A DNA stretch of 15,281 nt from Candidatus Hodarchaeota archaeon (lineage in GTDB: Archaea > Asgardarchaeota > Heimdallarchaeia > Hodarchaeales > Hodarchaeaceae). The notes beneath the pieces were generated by a model that ran no database searches, was not told the DNA's origin, and worked only from the letters and a program-made list of their open reading frames with translations. Made by a program: the position numbers and the translations under genes. Position 1 is the first letter of the stretch, and each line of letters starts with the position of its first letter. The DNA is taken from assembly GCA_029856365.1 (NCBI GenBank), contig JAHQWW010000088.1, positions 1 to 15,281 on the forward strand. The letters run 5' to 3'. Below are positions 8,789 through 15,281 of this stretch, one piece after another.

Positions 8789-9188
8789 AATTTACCAATC
8801 TCATATTTTCTATCTTGAAATATTCTTAAATCCTTATAAATAAGACATAAAACGGTTGTTATTGATCTCATCTAATAAATATATCTATATTCTGATTATA
8901 TTTCTTCCTTGCAACAATTTAGTATATTGCTAAATCTTTAGTTTAATAATCCTTTCTATGTGGCAATCATATCTAAAAAATTAATATAAAAAGTAATTAT
9001 GAATTTTCAACAAAACCTTTACAATCTATAGAGAAGAGGAATAAGATTCTAGTTATAGAATGAGAAAGTGAATTATTTATATAAAAAGGAAATATGCTCA
9101 ATGAATTGAAAAAACATCATGTAAGGCTTTAAGGAAATACTAAGAAAGTTGAAAAGTCAAAACCATTGAGATTTGAATCCTTAAAAAG

Positions 9189-9437
9189 ATGAAATTCAGT
9201 ACAGCTTTAAAGAAATGTTTAAAATCTTGCTCTGATGACGTTTTCACAAATACAAAAACAAGAAATAAAACTGTATTTTTTTACTTGATGGAGCTTTATA
9301 AAGGGGAGTATTTATATTCATGTCAGATTCAAGCTAAGGAAGCTGGAGTTGGTCTACAAGCGGGGTAGTCATGGATACAATACGAAACCAAAAGGAGATG
9401 CTTTCCTAACAAAATACATCTGTTAAAGTATTCATAA
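9189..9437 (+). pseudogene. XRE/HTH-like ORF interrupted by an in-frame TAG
   Basis: MKFSTALKKCLK...QAKEAGVGLQAG*SWIQYETKRRCFPNKIHLLKYS*. TAG at 9366-9368; the final TAA lies 2 nt before the next ATG. The HTH resemblance is by eye only. Confidence 0.4.
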
Positions 9438-9439
9438 AG

Positions 9440-10264
9440 ATGAAACTAATGGTTAGTAGATTCTTATATAGAAATAAGTTAAGCTATACTCAAATACTTC
9501 AAGATATATCATATCCTTATTATTTACAGAAAAAATTAGAACATTATTATATTATATTACAGGAAAATAACCCTGAATTTATTAAAAAAGATAAAGATCT
9601 AATTGAAAAAAGGATTAAGACATATTTTGATCATGATACTACTTACAATTCAATAATTGACTGGAAGAATAATAAACCAAGTAAATTTGATAAAATCGCA
9701 AGGCCAATTACGTTAAAATCCGATTTTTCCCAATTAGCGAAGAAATCTGCAAGTTTTTTTCGACAAGCTGATGAATTTTATCTTGCTTCTCTAAATATGG
9801 ACAAGAATACTAGCCCCTTGGTTGAATATTATAGTTTTATTCAATGTGTGAAAGGTTGTGTCTTACTAAAACTCAGAATAAACGAATCTCTTATGTTTAA
9901 CCAACATGGAATTACTTGTTGGTTTGATCCTGAGAGACGTAAATATCCACAAGCAAGTATAAAAGCTTCTGGTGTATTTCATACAATTCTATTAATACAT
10001 GACTCTCTGAATGAAATGAACGATTATTTTACAGGAAACAGAGAATTAACTTTAGATCAATTACTTGAAGAAAGACAATGTTCTCCAGCAACTGCTTTTA
10101 TAATATCGTATTTACTTTCTAATCTTGTAAGATATTATCCTATAGAGTGGCGAAAAATCCTTCAAGCTGAAGATGATGATATTATTCGGAAAATAGATAA
10201 ATTTAGAGCAGATACATTACCAGATGCGATGCAAAGCTTATTTCCATATTTAATAAGAATATAA
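9440..10264 (+). CDS. YaaC-family protein (HEPN-like motifs)
   Basis: FFRQADEFYLAS...SPLVEYYS..CVKG.VLL...HGI and YLLSNLVRYYPIEW match the two conserved YaaC blocks as I recall them. Confidence 0.8.
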   Translation: MKLMVSRFLYRNKLSYTQILQDISYPYYLQKKLEHYYIILQENNPEFIKKDKDLIEKRIKTYFDHDTTYNSIIDWKNNKPSKFDKIARPITLKSDFSQLAKKSASFFRQADEFYLASLNMDKNTSPLVEYYSFIQCVKGCVLLKLRINESLMFNQHGITCWFDPERRKYPQASIKASGVFHTILLIHDSLNEMNDYFTGNRELTLDQLLEERQCSPATAFIISYLLSNLVRYYPIEWRKILQAEDDDIIRKIDKFRADTLPDAMQSLFPYLIRI

Positions 10265-10363
10265 TAATTCTTATTCAGACAAACCTCTCTTCTCGTTAAC
10301 CTCATTATAAAGCATAATTTCCTCCTCCGTGAAATCTATAGTGATTAAATCAATGCTTTATCA

Positions 10364-10882
10364 TTAATATTTATCTTCAGGTATTTTGATGATATCATAT
10401 ATTCTTTCTTTGTTTCGTACCAAAGAGCGGAAGCTAAGCCCTGGTTTATATAATAATGCCCTTTTGGTGGGTTTTAATCGAATGAACACTAGGTTCTCCT
10501 TTTCATTTGAGTTCATAACATCCTTGAGCACTGTTCTTAGTTTTGAGTTTTTCTTGAATACTTTTTGGGCTTCAGGATTATTATAGGTGACAATTTCAGC
10601 GTTTGATTCAAAATAAACCGTGGAAAATGGTAGGAAACAGACAAAATGGTGACAGAATGGAATCGTAAATGATATTTGAGGAGTATCCTTGATCTTTCTT
10701 AATTTTATATCATTATGATTGGTCAATATATAGATTCTAAATTTTGATTCAGGTGGGGAGACCCCATACAAAACACCTGACGTTTGTGATTCTCCTTCTG
10801 GAGAAACAGTGTCCAGTAGCCCAAATGTTTTATTTCGAATCTTTTTAAGTATAAAATCGAAACTTGGTTTGGTTTTTGTCAT
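10364..10882 (-). CDS. Pyridoxamine 5'-phosphate oxidase-like FMN-binding split-barrel protein
   Basis: FGLLDTVSPEGESQTSGVLY, IYILT....KLRKIKDTPQISFTI and VFIRLKP follow the PNPOx-like pattern. Confidence 0.8.
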   Translation of the reverse strand: MTKTKPSFDFILKKIRNKTFGLLDTVSPEGESQTSGVLYGVSPPESKFRIYILTNHNDIKLRKIKDTPQISFTIPFCHHFVCFLPFSTVYFESNAEIVTYNNPEAQKVFKKNSKLRTVLKDVMNSNEKENLVFIRLKPTKRALLYKPGLSFRSLVRNKERIYDIIKIPEDKY

Positions 10883-11027
10883 TTTATTTCTACCAATTAA
10901 ATGAACGTTATAAAATAGATTGTTAATTTAAAGTGTCAAGAATTCTCACCTTTTCCTGAGAAAATACTTGCAGTAACCAAATGTTATTTATTTTAATATC
11001 TTAGTGGGGTGACAATGTGAGCTCAAA

Positions 11028-12041
11028 ATGTTTGAAAAAGCAAAAATCAGAAAGAAATCTATTCTCGTGCTGTTTCTACTGATTATATCTTTGCTTATTT
11101 CTGGAATAAGAATAAGAGCATTTGGATTATTTCAGGCTGGAAATCTGAATTATCAAGTAAACCTTATTGCTGATCAGACCATTGGGGGATCAGATTTAGA
11201 CTATGCTTATTCTGTCATCAATACATCTGATGGGGGATTTGCATTAGTCGGGTACACCTATTCATATGGAGCAGGTAGCTCAGATATGTGGTTAGTCAAA
11301 ACTGATGGTTCAGGGCAAGTGGAGTGGGATCAATATTATGGGGGAATAAGATCAGATTATGGATTCTCTATCGTTGCTACGAAAGATGGGGGATATGCAT
11401 TGACTGGAGGAACAGAATCATATGGAGCTGGAGATTCGGATATGTGGTTAGTAAAGACAAATAATCAGGGAGAAATCGAATGGAACCAAACCTATGGGGG
11501 GATAAATGAAGACCGAGCTATGGCAGTTATTATGGATTCCGCTGGAGGTTATGTTGTAACTGGATTGACTCAATCATTTGGTGCAGGAAAAAGGGACATG
11601 TGGTTAGTTAAAACTGATTCGTCTGGACAGCCAGAGTGGAATCAAACTTTTGGAGGGCAAGAGAATGATTATGCTGATAGCTTAATTACGACATCAGGAG
11701 GGGGATATGCCTTGGCAGGGAGAACGGAATCAACTGGCGCTGGAAGTGAAGATATGTGGCTCGTTAAAACTAATAGTTCGGGTCAGATGGAGTGGAGTCA
11801 TACCTTTGGGGGAAGTGAAGAGGACGCTGCTTATTCAGTCTTGGAAATCTCAGAGAATGAATTTGTGTTAGTAGGCCGAACTGCATCTCAAGGCACGGGG
11901 GTCTCTGATTTATGGTTCCTAAAAGTAAAAATGCTATCACATATCTCTACAACCACCAGTTTACCTATATTTGAATTAATATTCTTTTTTATCATGGTTT
12001 TAGCCCTATTTAATAAGAATAAGCGGATAATAGTGATTTAG
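11028..12041 (+). CDS. Surface protein with five 52-aa repeats (beta-propeller-type) and a C-terminal membrane anchor
   Basis: Signal peptide; repeats GGxxxDxAxSxxxTxDGGYxLxGxTxSxGAGxxDMWLVKTxxxGxxEWxQ; tail TTTSLPIFELIFFFIMVLALFNKNKR. Confidence 0.88.
   Translation: MFEKAKIRKKSILVLFLLIISLLISGIRIRAFGLFQAGNLNYQVNLIADQTIGGSDLDYAYSVINTSDGGFALVGYTYSYGAGSSDMWLVKTDGSGQVEWDQYYGGIRSDYGFSIVATKDGGYALTGGTESYGAGDSDMWLVKTNNQGEIEWNQTYGGINEDRAMAVIMDSAGGYVVTGLTQSFGAGKRDMWLVKTDSSGQPEWNQTFGGQENDYADSLITTSGGGYALAGRTESTGAGSEDMWLVKTNSSGQMEWSHTFGGSEEDAAYSVLEISENEFVLVGRTASQGTGVSDLWFLKVKMLSHISTTTSLPIFELIFFFIMVLALFNKNKRIIVI
11178..11927 (+). repeat. Intragenic 156-bp tandem repeat, 5 copies
   Basis: The DMW/DLW codons recur at 11283, 11439, 11595, 11751 and 11907, an exact 156-nt period. 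Confidence 0.92.
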
Positions 12042-12250
12042 CTACCAAATGATTTCCCTAGAAGATTTAATTTAGTTATAATAGAAAAAAAGTTACAGTC
12101 TTGGTAGTTAAGAGAATATTATATAGAGTTTAATAATCTTTTATTGTTATCATAAGTTCTGGCTAGTTTTGCCTATACACAAAAGGATAAAAAAGGAAAT
12201 TTTAACTTATCAATGGATTTTTACAAGATATCTCAGGAGATTGATAATTG

Positions 12251-12634
12251 ATGAAGGATGTTGAACACAACCAGGAAGTTGATCTCATAAAAAAGGCTAT
12301 TATGGATTATTATCATGAAGGACATGTGAAAGCAGACCCCCATTTGTATGAACAGGTGTTACATGATGAATGGAAATTTTTTATGTTTGATGATCAAAAC
12401 AAATTGAAAGTCGTTGATAAGAAGGAGTATTACTCCTGGTATAATCCACAGAATGTCGATTCCAGCTTACAATGGAAAACTAAAGTTTATTATGTTGATG
12501 TTTATAAAAACAATGCTCAAGCTAAAATAAGTATTGAAAATCAAAACGTTAGATATCTTGATTACTTCAATCTTATGAAGGTTGGTGGTATTTGGTGGAT
12601 TGTTCACAAAATTTCCCAACCCATGGAAAAATAA
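12251..12634 (+). CDS. NTF2-like / putative lumazine-binding (Lumazine_bd_2) protein
   Basis: IKKAIMDYYHEG...AQAKI....YLDYFNLMKVGGIWWIVHK is the typical family ending. Start is probably ATG 12251 (TTG 12248 in the track). Confidence 0.85.
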   Translation: MKDVEHNQEVDLIKKAIMDYYHEGHVKADPHLYEQVLHDEWKFFMFDDQNKLKVVDKKEYYSWYNPQNVDSSLQWKTKVYYVDVYKNNAQAKISIENQNVRYLDYFNLMKVGGIWWIVHKISQPMEK

Positions 12635-12676
12635 TAATTTTATTTTAATTATTGATGTTGATTCCAAATCCTGTGT

Positions 12677-13020
12677 TTATTCATTACCTGCAGGCATCAC
12701 TGTGTCTTTTTCGACCATCAAGATGACTGTTTTTTGTGGCGCTCGAGTGCGATGGATTACCTCTTTCGGTACAGTATATCCTTGTTTCGGCATTAGCTCA
12801 ACTGTCTCTCCTTCTAAATCAATGAACAACTTTCCTTCTATGACATAGAAAAATTCATCCTCCACCTCATGTTTATGCCAGTGAAACTCCCCTGGATGAT
12901 TCCTACTCTGACCACACTGTCATTGACATTACATAAAGTCTGATTAAACAATCGATCTACACAGGATGCAATTATTTTGGGAATATCAATTATTTTCAGA
13001 TACTCATATTTTTCTTCCAT
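12677..13020 (-). pseudogene. Cupin-domain protein split by a 1-nt deletion
   Basis: Two track ORFs join if one base is added in the G4 run (12889-12892): ...NQTLCNVNDSVVRVGIIQGEFHWHKHEVEDEFFYVIEG...YTVPKEVIHRT (114 aa), with the HxH..E..H metal motif intact. Confidence 0.9.
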
Positions 13021-13182
13021 TTGGAATTAACATTCTGGGTGTTTGGGCGTAAAGTTTCTCCTCTAACTTTGAAAATCATGCGTTTCCTTGGCAGGGAGTT
13101 CATTTTTGGATTTAGAAACAACCATAAAAAAGCTAAAATCATTTATTTTTTAGGAGCACTTCCTATCAGTTTAATGAAATAA

Positions 13183-15281
13183 TTACTTCCTTTTATTATA
13201 TGCTAAAGCAAGACAGGTAACAGCTGCAAGTAAGATAGCTATTTCAAATCCTGAAACACCCCCAATCTTAGGAGCTTCTTCTGTTCCAGTATTTGTGGTT
13301 TCCATAATGCCTGTGGTTTCTGTAATACCTGTGGTTTCAACATATTCTTCAACAACCTTTACCTCAAACCAATCACTCCAATAATCATTTCCATAAATAT
13401 CACGGATGATTATGTGAATACCATAAGAATCAATTCCAGATATTCCCATCAATTTCTTACAAACATATACTCCTGGCTTTGTTTTTCTTATAAAGTATCT
13501 GTGACCGTCAATTTGACAATAAACCTCGGAAACCTGCTCTGGGTTAGATATTTTTGTTTCAATAACTAATTCAGTACCTACAAGAACTTGATAATGGTCA
13601 CCACTATATTTAGCTCCATTGAATGTCACTGACTGAAGTTCAGGATGATTGGGGTCTTCATAACATAAGCTACTGAAATTTGAATAATCATACTGATCCA
13701 GCAAGTAATACCAATTATTCCAATCACTACGAAATACATCTACTCCCCACTCATCAATCAATGAGATTTCTAGATCAGTGTAGTATTTATACAAGGTGAA
13801 ACCTTCAATTCCATATTGTGCATTGACTATTCCCCTCTCATGAATATGGCATCCAGAATAATACAATGTGACGAAGTTTTGACCTTGTGTCAGGTTAATA
13901 TACTTACCACGCCATTCTAAATGTTCGTCCCAGCCATCAGTCCAATCTGCAAGAACAGCTTCGAAATAGTAATCACCAGAGGCAGAACTGTTAATTTGAA
14001 AGTCTGCTTGTATGAAGTCAAAATAAGTATCATAATTAAAATCCACTGGTTCAGCAGAGATTACTTGAAAACTTTCAACTGGGAATCGTTCGAATTTCGA
14101 TAAATCAAGTGTATCTGTTCTATACCAATGATGGGAACCACTATTTTGTTGTAGTGGCCCATGGGTTCTGGTTTTATATCTGTCACCTTCTTGCTCAACA
14201 TAACCTTTTTGTTTAACAATTTGAATGTCTCGTAGTTCAAAAGTCCATTTTTCACTGTAATCCCCCCGATCAAGGTTCATACAAGGCCAATATAACATGA
14301 TAGTATTGTACCCCAACTTGAAATGTGCTGGTGTATCAATCCAATTATGCCTGAAATCTTGGCCATCTGAATAAAAAAGACTGCTAGTCATGTGGTATTC
14401 GTTGGCTTCACGGACAAAGAATTCAATTGAAATACCCAAGTAATCAAACAAACCATTATCATCAGTATCTACCAAAGACTCTCCGATAATATTTTCGACA
14501 GAAACAAGGGGGGCTTCACAATCTATCCAATTGATGACTTGACTTAATTCAATCGAATGGTCTAGAAAGTCAGTTGTATGCCACCCCTGGTCAGTCCTCA
14601 CTACCATGACATTATGAAGGGATAAGAGAGAGTTAACTCTGAAATCTCTGATGAATCCTGCTTCAAATCGAAGGGATAGTGTGTGAATTCCTTGAGACAA
14701 TAGGCGTGGCTCATACCAGCCTGAATGGTACCACCCACACGCCATATCGTTCCATGACTCATTTCCTAGCCACCCCTCCACCCATACTTCTGCAGAATCT
14801 ACAATAACTTCAATACCAACATCAATCTTGATTGCGTCAATCAAATCATCACTGTCTGCATCAATAATATGTTCAGCATAATATCCTGTTAAGATTATGT
14901 CTGGAATATCAAATTCTGATTCAGAATACTGTCTTAAGGTATAAGCAATGTTATCATATTGTTCATACCCTTGATCATCAAAATCGACGCGATTCACATA
15001 GAGGTGGATGTGTCGGATTTGAAAAGAAGAGGCGTCTAGCTGTGACAAAAGCCAAGAAGTATCATCACACACAACAGTGATATTTCGGATGCCTTGATCA
15101 AGCCTTTGTTTTTCACTGGTTAACCACTGGCCATCACCCGTTTTATTGTTAAAGAAGAAAAGGTAGACGAAATAATCGTTTGTTTTTGTGATATTCACTT
15201 CTACTTTCACCACTAATCCGCTGAATCCAGGTCTATCAGGCGTACTATCCCAACCATGATCGTAATAATTGTGTGTTAATC
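13183..15281 (-). CDS. Large cell-surface protein with repeated ~130-150-aa DxDxDG-type beta-sandwich domains and a GFE-TM-basic C-terminal sorting signal (5'-partial)
   Basis: The frame stays open past 15213 to the window edge (LTHNYYDHGWDSTPDRPGFSGLVVKVEV). Four repeats begin DSTPDRPGFSGL, DADSDDLIDAI, DTDDNGLFDYL and DFNYDTYFDFI. A Thr-rich linker leads to the tail VSGFEIAILLAAVTCLALAYNKRK. Confidence 0.88.
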   Translation of the reverse strand, partial: LTHNYYDHGWDSTPDRPGFSGLVVKVEVNITKTNDYFVYLFFFNNKTGDGQWLTSEKQRLDQGIRNITVVCDDTSWLLSQLDASSFQIRHIHLYVNRVDFDDQGYEQYDNIAYTLRQYSESEFDIPDIILTGYYAEHIIDADSDDLIDAIKIDVGIEVIVDSAEVWVEGWLGNESWNDMACGWYHSGWYEPRLLSQGIHTLSLRFEAGFIRDFRVNSLLSLHNVMVVRTDQGWHTTDFLDHSIELSQVINWIDCEAPLVSVENIIGESLVDTDDNGLFDYLGISIEFFVREANEYHMTSSLFYSDGQDFRHNWIDTPAHFKLGYNTIMLYWPCMNLDRGDYSEKWTFELRDIQIVKQKGYVEQEGDRYKTRTHGPLQQNSGSHHWYRTDTLDLSKFERFPVESFQVISAEPVDFNYDTYFDFIQADFQINSSASGDYYFEAVLADWTDGWDEHLEWRGKYINLTQGQNFVTLYYSGCHIHERGIVNAQYGIEGFTLYKYYTDLEISLIDEWGVDVFRSDWNNWYYLLDQYDYSNFSSLCYEDPNHPELQSVTFNGAKYSGDHYQVLVGTELVIETKISNPEQVSEVYCQIDGHRYFIRKTKPGVYVCKKLMGISGIDSYGIHIIIRDIYGNDYWSDWFEVKVVEEYVETTGITETTGIMETTNTGTEEAPKIGGVSGFEIAILLAAVTCLALAYNKRK
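13294..13338 (-). repeat. 18-bp coding tandem repeat (~2.5 copies; ETTGIT/ETTGIM/ETT)
   Basis: TGTGGTTTC occurs at 13294, 13312 and 13330. Confidence 0.85.

Noticed and set aside
11178-11927. Periodic repeat as a possible CRISPR array
   Set aside because: The 156-nt in-frame period, with synonymous-type variation, shows it is a protein repeat.
1159-12041. Genome-wide TAG reassignment suggested by in-frame ambers in remnants
   Set aside because: vapB (1159) and the repeat protein (12041) end with TAG at their natural C-termini, and other lesions are TAA stops or indels.
13151-13165. TAGGA-GCACT-TCCTA hairpin downstream of the large surface-protein gene
   Set aside because: Only a 5-bp stem, followed by an A-run rather than a U-run on the transcribed strand.
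588-14273. Short track ORFs 588-779, 1063-1245, 7989-8231, 10386-10586, 12467-12667, 12582-12848, 13921-14103 and 14061-14273
   Set aside because: They overlap well-supported genes antisense or out of frame and have no recognisable features.

Overview
AT-rich archaeal-looking accessory region. An Asgard origin (Heimdallarchaeia/Hodarchaeales-like) is inferred from the archaeal-type RHH VapB, the archaeal/TopoIII-type topoisomerase IA and the surface proteins ending in a short motif, a TM helix and a basic tail; it is not proven. In order, the window holds: the 3' end of a DUF3795-like Cys-rich gene; an intact vapBC pair; a GNAT acetyltransferase; a second PIN gene split by a +1 frameshift, next to a perfect 29-bp palindrome; a secreted protein apparently fused head-on with a truncated antisense gene; a complete type IA topoisomerase with three Zn ribbons; a YgiT-type Zn-finger gene with a premature stop (absent from the ORF track); a TPR-like/alpha-beta hydrolase; a very AT-rich cassette of an amber-interrupted HTH-like ORF plus a YaaC-family protein with HEPN-like motifs; a PNPOx-like protein; a 52-aa-repeat surface protein; an NTF2-like protein; a frameshifted cupin; and a large 5'-partial repeat surface protein. 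No rRNA, tRNA, CRISPR array, transposase or integrase was recognised. The best candidate for an undescribed system is the HTH-YaaC(HEPN-like) cassette.
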